From a virus (Duplodnaviria; Caudoviricetes): 49,614 nt of DNA. The stretch is from positions 1-49,614 of IMG/VR virus record IMGVR_UViG_3300033562_001124; one strand, 5' to 3'. Positions within the stretch are counted from its first letter, which is position 1; the number at the start of each line of letters is the position of its first letter. Made by a program: the position numbers and the translations under genes. A model generated the notes under the pieces. That model searched no databases and was not told the origin of the DNA. It worked only from the letters and a program-made list of their open reading frames with translations. This document shows positions 16,537 through 24,777 of this stretch, piece after piece.

Positions 16537-17178
16537 ATGAAAATTGTTAAACCGTCAGTAACAATGCTATGGTCTACAGAAGATCCAGAAAACATTATTG
16601 AGAAAGCTGGAAGAACTTGTTACAAAAGTGAAAAGTTTATAACGGAAACTTCTTCTCGGGACTTCTCAATTAAAATGCGGAAGAATGGACATGAAGCAAT
16701 GATTGAACATGCCGTTGCTTCAATGCTATTCATTACTGATCGTGGAATAACTCATGAAATAGTACGTCACCGGTTAGCTTCTTATGCACAAGAATCAACA
16801 CGGTACTGTAATTACAGTGATGTGGATAAGTTCAATAAAGAAATTTCAGTTGTTGAACCTTCTGGATTATCTCCGATGGCAAGAGCCTTGTGGCTTATCT
16901 CTTGTCAGGATGCCGAAGATAGTTATTTAAGGCTTCTTGAAATGGGACAGTCTCCGCAAACAGCAAGAGCAGTTCTTCCAACTTGTTTGAAAACAGAACT
17001 GGTGATGACTGCTAACTTCAGGGAGTGGCGGCATTTTATCAAGCTCCGCATGTCTAAAGCGGCTCATCCAGATGTTAGACCACTGGCAAAGCAAGTTCTT
17101 GAGTTGTTGTTCGCCCTTGCTCCAGGTGTGTTTGGTGACTTAGAATTCAGTGAGGATAATGATGTATGCCAAAAATAG
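16537..17178 (+). CDS. thyX: Flavin-dependent thymidylate synthase
   Basis: GH...IEH, HEIVRHR.ASYAQESTRY, AR.VLP, N.REWRHF..LR; AAGGAG SD before ATG 16537. Confidence 0.95.
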   Translation: MKIVKPSVTMLWSTEDPENIIEKAGRTCYKSEKFITETSSRDFSIKMRKNGHEAMIEHAVASMLFITDRGITHEIVRHRLASYAQESTRYCNYSDVDKFNKEISVVEPSGLSPMARALWLISCQDAEDSYLRLLEMGQSPQTARAVLPTCLKTELVMTANFREWRHFIKLRMSKAAHPDVRPLAKQVLELLFALAPGVFGDLEFSEDNDVCQK

Positions 17179-18236
17179 AAAAATTCGATATCCGAAATTT
17201 TCAATCTTGGAAAGAAGTCACGGTTAATCTTCATGAAGGTGTGAATGTGATAATCGGTCCTTCTGATGAAGGAAAAAGTGCATTAATGAGGGCCCTTCGT
17301 TGGGCCCTTCTCAATAAAGTGAAAGGAGATTTCATAAACTGGGATACAACTAAGAAAGATCTTGCTGAAGTCAAAATACATTTAGATAACGGTGTATGGT
17401 TTGCTCGACAAAAGAATTTATCTGGATCAATTAATCAGTACTTGATTAAAGATTTCAAAGATCCGTTAACAGCTTTAAAACATGATCTACCAAAAGAGAT
17501 AAAAGACATTACTGGTATTTCTGAATTCAATATTCAAAGACAAAAGAAATGGTTTCTTTTGGAAGATAAACCATCAGTAGTTGCAAACAAATTCAATCAG
17601 ATAACTGGTCTTGATATAATTGATGATGTTATTAAGGTAGCTAATTCCGAAATAAGAAAAACTGTAAGTATTCGGGAATTCGAAGAAGATGGTCTGTCTA
17701 AATTAAAAGAACAATTGGAAGAGTTGGACTGGGTTGATGAAATGGTTGAGTCCTTCCAAGAGTTAAAATTATTGTATAATTCTGTGAACAAGGTCAGATC
17801 TCAAATAGAACGTTTAAGACGTTCAATCGAATTACATGATACTATACATCAAAAAATCAAAAGAATCGAACCCGCTTTAAATTTGAAAGCGGAGTTATCT
17901 AATTTGATTTCAGATAATAATGATATTGATGATCTAAAAAAACAAGCTATGAAATTGAATTATATTGTTGAAAAATACAAATCCACAAAGCAACAAATTA
18001 AAGAGAATAAAGTTACCGTTAAATTTCTTTCTGAAATAAAATTGTACTTGGATGAATACAAAGAGGTTCAAAATCTCATGAGTGAATTTGAGGGATTATC
18101 TGAATTAACTGGTTCCTACAAAGCACTATATGAGCGAGTGGGGGAACTCCAAGAGTATTCGGAAAAGGCTAAATCTTTATTCAATAAAACATTGCAGAAA
18201 TTGGGGAAATGCCCAACATGTGGGAGAACTATATGA
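17166..18236 (+). CDS. Rad50/SbcC-like ATPase, N-terminal half
   Basis: NFQS, Walker A GPSDEGKS, coiled coil, ends at the CPTC zinc hook. Confidence 0.85.
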   Translation: MPKIEKFDIRNFQSWKEVTVNLHEGVNVIIGPSDEGKSALMRALRWALLNKVKGDFINWDTTKKDLAEVKIHLDNGVWFARQKNLSGSINQYLIKDFKDPLTALKHDLPKEIKDITGISEFNIQRQKKWFLLEDKPSVVANKFNQITGLDIIDDVIKVANSEIRKTVSIREFEEDGLSKLKEQLEELDWVDEMVESFQELKLLYNSVNKVRSQIERLRRSIELHDTIHQKIKRIEPALNLKAELSNLISDNNDIDDLKKQAMKLNYIVEKYKSTKQQIKENKVTVKFLSEIKLYLDEYKEVQNLMSEFEGLSELTGSYKALYERVGELQEYSEKAKSLFNKTLQKLGKCPTCGRTI

Positions 18237-19183
18237 AAATTGGAACTATTTCAGATGTTCACGCAAAAGAGAAAGCTCCGGAGAAAAGAGTGGAAAAACA
18301 ATTCCACAAAGATGTTGTGAGAAAAAAACTGAAATATGTTTTTGAAACATTAAAAGAGAACGATGTGGATAAACTTCTTATTGCCGGAGATCTATTTGAT
18401 ACTGTAACAGTTCCACATAGTTTGATTGCCAATGTGGGAAGTTTAATCATTCGTTCTGGTATTGAAGTCATTGTTGTTCCAGGTCAGCATGATATGAGGT
18501 ACCATCAAACAGGTATTAAGAATACACCGATGGGGATTCTTCAAGCTTTGAAAGCTGTAAAGATTCCAACATTAGATAATCCGATTATACTAAACAAGAA
18601 ACTCAAAGTGTATGGTTGTGGATTTGGTGAAGATACTTTGTTGTCAAAGAAATTACCAGACTTAGAAACAGATGGCAACATTCTTCTTATCCACAAAATG
18701 ATAACAAAAAGTAAAGCTTTGTTTCATGCACAAATAGATTGGATATCTGGTAAGAAGTTTCTTGAAAGAAATCCATTTAAGATTATCATATCTGGTGATA
18801 ACCATGAACGATTCATTGTTTCAAATCCAGATCAAGTATTAATCAATAATGGATCTCTTGTCCGTTTAAACAAAGCTCAACTTGAGTACGAACCAGGATT
18901 TCACATTGTTGATACAGATACTTTGAAAGTTAAATTTTTCACTGTTCCGATAATTCCGTATGCAAAAGCTTTCGATATGGATTTAATAAACTCTGAGGAG
19001 GAGGAAACGGAAAGACGTGAATCACTTCTTGGTTCTTGGAAACAAGATCTCAAAAACATGGACACTTTTAATGATGTATCATTTACTCGGACTCTTGATT
19101 ATGTGTCAAAGAAAATGAATGCTTCTGATGCGGCACTTTTGCAGATCTCAAATTTTATGGAAAAAGTAAAGGATAAAAAGTAA
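18233..19183 (+). CDS. Mre11/SbcD-like nuclease
   Basis: SDVH, AGDLFD, GQHD, GDNH, NNGS. Confidence 0.9.
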   Translation: MKIGTISDVHAKEKAPEKRVEKQFHKDVVRKKLKYVFETLKENDVDKLLIAGDLFDTVTVPHSLIANVGSLIIRSGIEVIVVPGQHDMRYHQTGIKNTPMGILQALKAVKIPTLDNPIILNKKLKVYGCGFGEDTLLSKKLPDLETDGNILLIHKMITKSKALFHAQIDWISGKKFLERNPFKIIISGDNHERFIVSNPDQVLINNGSLVRLNKAQLEYEPGFHIVDTDTLKVKFFTVPIIPYAKAFDMDLINSEEEETERRESLLGSWKQDLKNMDTFNDVSFTRTLDYVSKKMNASDAALLQISNFMEKVKDKK

Positions 19184-19464
19184 TGAGTGAATTATTAGAG
19201 GATAAACTGGAGAAATACCAGCATGAATTGCAGAGAAGTGAAGGCGAACTGAACAAAGCAAAGGGCCGTCTTGAATCTATCCTTGAAGAAATTATAGAAC
19301 TTGGATATGCCAACTTCAGTGAGGCTGCGGAGGCTCTTGAGAAACTTGAAGCAAAGATCCAAAAGAGAGAAAGAAAATTGGAAAAAGCTTTGACAGAGTT
19401 TGAAGCCAAATACAAAGAGGCTACTTCTAATTCTGAGGAAGAGGAAGAGGATGATGAAGATTGA
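19183..19464 (+). CDS. Small coiled-coil protein with acidic tail
   Basis: Heptad pattern; TAATG coupling. Confidence 0.65.
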   Translation: MSELLEDKLEKYQHELQRSEGELNKAKGRLESILEEIIELGYANFSEAAEALEKLEAKIQKRERKLEKALTEFEAKYKEATSNSEEEEEDDED

Positions 19465-20059
19465 AGAGATTGAAAGAAGTTTAACAATACTGGCTAATAG
19501 ACGTTCTTTTCTGAAAGATCAAATAAGTGAAAAGAAAAAAGAAGTAAAACGGTTAAAACGTTTGGAACAAGCTCAAAAAGATGCACGGGACATCATCCGG
19601 GAAGCTTCACAAATTACCCAGAGTAAAATGAAAGTTACTGTAACCGATGTTGTTACAAGCTTCTTGAAGGCTGTTCCGTTTAGGAACAAATATGAATTTC
19701 AAATGGAATTCGTTCAAAAAAGAAACAATGTGGAATGTGAATTGTTTTTTGCAAGAGGTGATAAACACATTAGTCCTATCGATAGTTCTGGCTATGGGGC
19801 TTCTGACGTTGCTTCTTTCGCTTTATCTTCTGGATATGTTTTATTGAGTGATGGAGTTTCAAAGGTTTTGATTGCAGATGAACCGTTTGCCAATCTAAAC
19901 AAAAGTAATCATGTTTATGTTTTTGAAATGATAAAACAACTTAGTACTGAATTTGGATTTCAAATAATCCTTTCTACCCATGAGACCTCGGTCATTGAAG
20001 GAGCGGACAATGTTGTCGAAGTCTACATGGGCAAGAAAGGAAATTCTAAAATCAGATAA
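19451..20059 (+). CDS. Rad50/SbcC-like ATPase, C-terminal half
   Basis: Coiled coil, signature-like SSGYG, Walker B/D-loop LIADEPFANL, H-loop STH. Confidence 0.85.
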   Translation: MMKIEEIERSLTILANRRSFLKDQISEKKKEVKRLKRLEQAQKDARDIIREASQITQSKMKVTVTDVVTSFLKAVPFRNKYEFQMEFVQKRNNVECELFFARGDKHISPIDSSGYGASDVASFALSSGYVLLSDGVSKVLIADEPFANLNKSNHVYVFEMIKQLSTEFGFQIILSTHETSVIEGADNVVEVYMGKKGNSKIR

Positions 20060-20600
20060 AATCAAATGATCCATATTTCTCTTGCCACAAAGTATGGCCT
20101 ACTACACAAGCTCTCATTGTGACTTCAAGAGAAATTGGATCATCATCTTTGAAAAATTCTAATGTTGGACTTTCTGTTATAATCTGACATTTCGGAAAAA
20201 TTATATGTATTCCATTTATTTTATTTGGATACATAAACCTCATTTCTACACGAACAAATGGTATTGATGAAAAATCTAAAATGTCAGTGCCACCATTACC
20301 AAATACAAGTGACATATTAGCCTTCGACAACTCAACAATGGTTCCTGTGATAGCAGCCTCTACAGACACTAATTTATTTTCTTTTAGGTATAAAACAGGA
20401 TTGGATTCTGTTGGATCTTTCTCATATATTGGTGAGAAAGATTTTGACAGTGAAAAGTTTGCTCCTGTAATTCCACCAATATAGTTAGAACTTGAATACA
20501 AATGAGCGGTGTTCTCAATGTTTGTGGCAGATGTCATAACATATATCGAGGAATAACCAAGTACGACATTACTTATATCTTTCAATGGACTACTAAACAT
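20052..20600 (-). CDS. Diverged short paralog of the major tail protein
   Basis: FVRVEMRFMYPNKINGIHIIFPK matches FVRVEAVFTYPNGINHMYIVFPR of 42862..43761; N-termini also align; GAGGAG SD. Confidence 0.7.
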   Translation of the reverse strand: MFSSPLKDISNVVLGYSSIYVMTSATNIENTAHLYSSSNYIGGITGANFSLSKSFSPIYEKDPTESNPVLYLKENKLVSVEAAITGTIVELSKANMSLVFGNGGTDILDFSSIPFVRVEMRFMYPNKINGIHIIFPKCQIITESPTLEFFKDDDPISLEVTMRACVVGHTLWQEKYGSFDFI

Positions 20601-20681
20601 TGCGGCTCCTCTATCTAACTTATAAAAAGCAAGTCTACGTATTCATAAAATTTAAAACAAGCGGCACCACGATATTTAACT

Positions 20682-21044
20682 TCAGGAAATCAATTTTCTA
20701 ACAAGCGCTGTTGACATCTCTATCATCTCATCTTGAAAAGACCCTTCTTCGAAATGAGAATCAAGCCAATCAAGACCCGCCTCAATGTATGCTCCTCCCA
20801 TTCCTCCGAGTACTTTAAGAAGTCTGTCGGTTTCGGTTTGAGTATTTGTATTGCCTTCAACTTCCAAAGCACCGAGAAGAAGCATTGAAGCTTTCTCTAC
20901 TGCAATATCATCCACAGTTGTGTCCGTGTGGGTTGTAAGTTCTTTGACCTTTTCCATTCCGGCCTTTACGAATCCGATCATCATGTCCTTGGTCAACATC
21001 TGAAAAACCATACTGATTGCATAAAGTATTACACGTTTCATCAT
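20682..21044 (-). CDS. Hypothetical protein, possibly lysis-associated
   Basis: AAGGAG SD; hydrophobic N-terminus; two weakly similar halves. Confidence 0.6.
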   Translation of the reverse strand: MMKRVILYAISMVFQMLTKDMMIGFVKAGMEKVKELTTHTDTTVDDIAVEKASMLLLGALEVEGNTNTQTETDRLLKVLGGMGGAYIEAGLDWLDSHFEEGSFQDEMIEMSTALVRKLIS

Positions 21045-21057
21045 GATACTACTCCTT

Positions 21058-21726
21058 TTAAATATAATTACTTGGTTGTCTAATTGTTAAAATAACAAAA
21101 TCTTTTAGGTCCTTTTTAATTTTGGAGATAGTTATATCAGTATCCAAAATTAATTTGTTCTTTCCTACAGCTACAGCTTTGATACATTTTTGGTAATCTT
21201 CTTGACCATTTACAATTTCATCTATCTGGTCTTTTTTAAAAACTTCTGGAAAAAGTGAACATACACTTTTACCAATCAACTCATTGTTCCTATATCCAAA
21301 AAGTCGTGATGCCGCTGGGTTACACAACTTTATAGTGCCTTTCATGGTGATGCCAATCATCCCTTCAGTAAGTGATCTAAGAATAGTTCTTAAAAACTTT
21401 TCTTTGTTCTCTATTTCAACAGCCGATGTTTTAATTCTTTCAGTCATAAATTCTAATTCTTCAATGGAATGGTTAAACACACATTCCCTTTCCCGATAAA
21501 CCATTCGTGTCTCATCTTCCTCTTTGCTTTTATTGAAATAAAACAAAGCCATTGAAAACCAAAAAATATGAACATATTGGATAAAGAACATAAAACCTTC
21601 ATACTCAAGAACTTTACAAAATATGATGTAAAAGAATGTGGCCACTACTGATTTTGAAATAGTTCTGTATAAAGACTTTGTACTAAACCACTTTATGACA
21701 ATATATTTAGAAATTCGATCAATCAT
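21058..21726 (-). CDS. Membrane protein with two TM helices, linker and C-terminal PAS domain
   Basis: FLRTILRSLTEGMIGI...GTI..CNPAA.RLFGY...ELIGKSV..LFP, a classic PAS signature. Confidence 0.85.
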   Translation of the reverse strand: MIDRISKYIVIKWFSTKSLYRTISKSVVATFFYIIFCKVLEYEGFMFFIQYVHIFWFSMALFYFNKSKEEDETRMVYRERECVFNHSIEELEFMTERIKTSAVEIENKEKFLRTILRSLTEGMIGITMKGTIKLCNPAASRLFGYRNNELIGKSVCSLFPEVFKKDQIDEIVNGQEDYQKCIKAVAVGKNKLILDTDITISKIKKDLKDFVILTIRQPSNYI

Positions 21727-21740
21727 TTTTATAAATATCC

Positions 21741-21989
21741 TTATTTCTTCTTATACATATCAATAAGTACCGCCAGCAAAACTGGAATAGCTGCACCTAT
21801 AAAACCGTAAATTCCAGTTTTAACTTTTTGAGAAGCTTGTTCAATTCTCAATTCAGTTACCAATTTATACAGATCTTGTATTTCTCCAGCCTGTTTTTTA
21901 GTTGAATCTTTCAGGTCAAGGATGCACTGTTTTATCCACTCAATCCATCGAACAAACTCGCTATCCGTGACTTTATCCTTATCGGTCAT
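21741..21989 (-). CDS. Holin-like small protein (coiled coil plus C-terminal TM helix)
   Basis: GIYGFIGAAIPVLLAVLI followed by KKK; sits right after the tail genes. Confidence 0.5.
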   Translation of the reverse strand: MTDKDKVTDSEFVRWIEWIKQCILDLKDSTKKQAGEIQDLYKLVTELRIEQASQKVKTGIYGFIGAAIPVLLAVLIDMYKKK

Positions 21990-22001
21990 TTGTTCCCCCC
22001 T

Positions 22002-22232
22002 TTAAATCTCTACTTCATATATGGGACCAACCGGCATCTCTTGTTTAATAAATCCGTTCTCCACGATGCAGTTACTATCTACAGCAACACTTGTTCCAAA
22101 TGCTGTTATTATATTCCCTGATAATAGTCTAATCCTTGATTTTTTTGAAGTAGTATTTATAGAAATGACAGTACCAATATAATATTTATCACTTTGTAAT
22201 ATTTTTAACAGGTCTTTAAATTCATTAGCCAT
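22002..22232 (-). CDS. Small tail-associated protein
   Basis: Beta-rich; follows the tail tip gene. Confidence 0.5.
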   Translation of the reverse strand: MANEFKDLLKILQSDKYYIGTVISINTTSKKSRIRLLSGNIITAFGTSVAVDSNCIVENGFIKQEMPVGPIYEVEI

Positions 22233-22237
22233 TTTAA

Positions 22238-24220
22238 TTACCCTATGTAATTTAGAACATTAATAGACTGGTACACTTCCACACCATTACTACCCATACC
22301 TGCTTCGATAGAAACTGAAGTCACTTTTCCTCTCCAAGTAGTTGCACCGTCTGTATATCTAATCATCTGTGTTGGTAGTAGTAATGATGGAACCAGATCT
22401 GTTGGAGTTACTCCATCATCCATAGAAAAGAAAGTGAATGTTCTTTCGAACCATTTACCTTCTTTGCTCATTAAATTCTTACAAGCTTCAGAACCAGCTT
22501 GAACAGAAGTGATCAGTTTATGTGTGAATAATTCTCCAAGTTTACTACCATCAGTTCCAGCTTTCGTTCCCTTAACTACTACACCAGGTTCACCAGAAAC
22601 AATGATTAAATTAATGTCCTCATTTGAAATAAAATCTTGACCAATTTCTCTGCATATATTTGGTATGATTGTCTCAACATAATCTTGTGTTCCCCAATCC
22701 CAAGGTTTAGACTTAAATCTTGGATTCACTATCAAAGTTTTATTGGTGTAACAATTGGGAACTGTCAGAACAACTGCCTGTATTGCTTCAAGCACATGTT
22801 GGATAGCTTGGATTTTCGTGTTCTCTGATAAAGAAAACTCACCTGCTGGAACAAGCCATTCTGATGTTGGGTTTATATTGTCGGAATATGTTGAAGAATT
22901 ATCTTCAAATCCCCAACTCACATCCCAGCCAGTGCCACTTAAAATAGAACTTAACAACTGACCACCTTGAATAGCATTTTCATTTTCGTAAGAACTACCA
23001 GCATCATACGGAGAAGATAATTCACAAGATGGTGATCTTCCAGATAATGTCCAAGATCTTTGACCGAATGAAACACTCTCACTCCATCGTTCTATTCGAC
23101 AAGTCCAGACATTATTGTTTATATTTATTTCAACATCTTTCAGTATTAATTCTCCGTTTTGTACAACAGGTTTCAACAAATTCAAATAGTATTCACTTGG
23201 TATGACTATTGAGAAATCCCATAAATAAGAATCTTCATCTGTTTGGATAGATACTGATATTACCTCAATCTCTGTATTATCTGGTAATCTTTTAACAAGA
23301 ACTGTATTTATCATATAATAACTCCATGCAATAATGGGTGCTAGTGGAGGAGGAGGAATTATAGTGTAGTTCTCCCTCATGCCTGTATGTTTGTGTTTAA
23401 AAGGACAATAGTTATTTGGTTCATAATCTGATATTAGTGTAATCTCTTTACATACACCAAAATCAATTCTTTCATTTATTTTAAAACCTAAAATATTTCC
23501 TGGTGGTGGAAAGTACATTTTTTGGCACAACAAAGAATACCAATACTCTCCCCAGAGAAAATTGTGGTCAACAGGTTTAAGATCTGAATTATGGTATCTG
23601 ATATTAAAATCCACAAAATCTACATCAGAGTTGGAGTTCCATAAAACGTTTGATGATACTCCGATAAATGGTGGCACTTTGTAACCATCACCATACTCCA
23701 TTTCAGCAAATCTTGTTGTTCCTCCCCAGAGTACTGAATATGTATATAACAATAAATCCATTTTAGAAATAAAATTATCTTCAAAAATTCTATCCATTAT
23801 TGAATCAAAAACTGACCACGATATTGAAATAAGTTCTGTAAAAACATTATCACCTTTATCATGTCTCACTTCAACAAATGTGGAAACCGTGTTGTTACTT
23901 CCCCAAAGAACATTCTTGTCAATTTGTGAAACAAAATTGTATTCCCATTTATCCCAATTAAAACCAAATATCTCATGAACTGTATTCGTATCAGAATCCC
24001 AATTGGCAGAAATGGACCTTTGTTTTATGTACGGCAAATCATTGGGCTTTCCACCAGATATAGTGGAAATCTCTAAAGATAAATGGAACTCCACGTTCTG
24101 ACTTATTATTTGGACTATCGTTACACTACTGTAAAAAACAATATCATCACACAATGGAATTGAATAAATAGATTCCATCGAAAAATCTAATTCAGTGCAA
24201 ATAGGAGATTCGTATGCCAT
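22238..24220 (-). CDS. Tail tip / hub-like structural protein
   Basis: Position; C-terminal hub-like region (GRS...L..PY, WRG.V.SVSI). Confidence 0.55.
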   Translation of the reverse strand: MAYESPICTELDFSMESIYSIPLCDDIVFYSSVTIVQIISQNVEFHLSLEISTISGGKPNDLPYIKQRSISANWDSDTNTVHEIFGFNWDKWEYNFVSQIDKNVLWGSNNTVSTFVEVRHDKGDNVFTELISISWSVFDSIMDRIFEDNFISKMDLLLYTYSVLWGGTTRFAEMEYGDGYKVPPFIGVSSNVLWNSNSDVDFVDFNIRYHNSDLKPVDHNFLWGEYWYSLLCQKMYFPPPGNILGFKINERIDFGVCKEITLISDYEPNNYCPFKHKHTGMRENYTIIPPPPLAPIIAWSYYMINTVLVKRLPDNTEIEVISVSIQTDEDSYLWDFSIVIPSEYYLNLLKPVVQNGELILKDVEININNNVWTCRIERWSESVSFGQRSWTLSGRSPSCELSSPYDAGSSYENENAIQGGQLLSSILSGTGWDVSWGFEDNSSTYSDNINPTSEWLVPAGEFSLSENTKIQAIQHVLEAIQAVVLTVPNCYTNKTLIVNPRFKSKPWDWGTQDYVETIIPNICREIGQDFISNEDINLIIVSGEPGVVVKGTKAGTDGSKLGELFTHKLITSVQAGSEACKNLMSKEGKWFERTFTFFSMDDGVTPTDLVPSLLLPTQMIRYTDGATTWRGKVTSVSIEAGMGSNGVEVYQSINVLNYIG

Positions 24221-24777
24221 TATAAATTAAACCTACTAAAAGAAAATGGTATAAATACAATTAATCTTCCACTTATCAATTCATTATTATCTGTTTGATC
24301 TGTTACACTGGTAGTTACCAACTTCAACTTCTTTTCTGAATTAGAAAATAAAGCCGTATGGGTAACTTCACCAGATTTGTGGGCAACACCAGATTTCTGA
24401 GGTGTTGTCAATTTCCTTCCATAAGTTTCTTCAGTAATTGTTAGGTCACCTACACCTATCGATACTTGAGATATTGTGTAATTCACATGAGTTTTCCAAG
24501 TAACTGAACCATCTGAGAATTCAGCATCTTGAACCGTTCCAAAAACAGGTTCAGCTAAACCTGAAGTTCCTCCTGTCAAACACTCATAAACAAATCCATT
24601 TGGTGCAGGAGGCCTCATAGTATCACCAGTAACATACACCTTAGAAGTTGTCCATAAACTTGGCCATATGGCATTATAGTAGGTTAGAGGTTGTAGTGTG
24701 CAAACACTCATACCATCAGATTTGCCAATCTCAGTAATTAAGTAATCAAAATATTCTGAAGGTATATATTGTGTCAT
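24220..24777 (-). CDS. Virion structural protein with a short carbohydrate-binding-like insert
   Basis: W.....Y..GD...P...NGFVYEC..GGTSG..EP....DGSVTW. Confidence 0.55.
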   Translation of the reverse strand: MTQYIPSEYFDYLITEIGKSDGMSVCTLQPLTYYNAIWPSLWTTSKVYVTGDTMRPPAPNGFVYECLTGGTSGLAEPVFGTVQDAEFSDGSVTWKTHVNYTISQVSIGVGDLTITEETYGRKLTTPQKSGVAHKSGEVTHTALFSNSEKKLKLVTTSVTDQTDNNELISGRLIVFIPFSFSRFNL

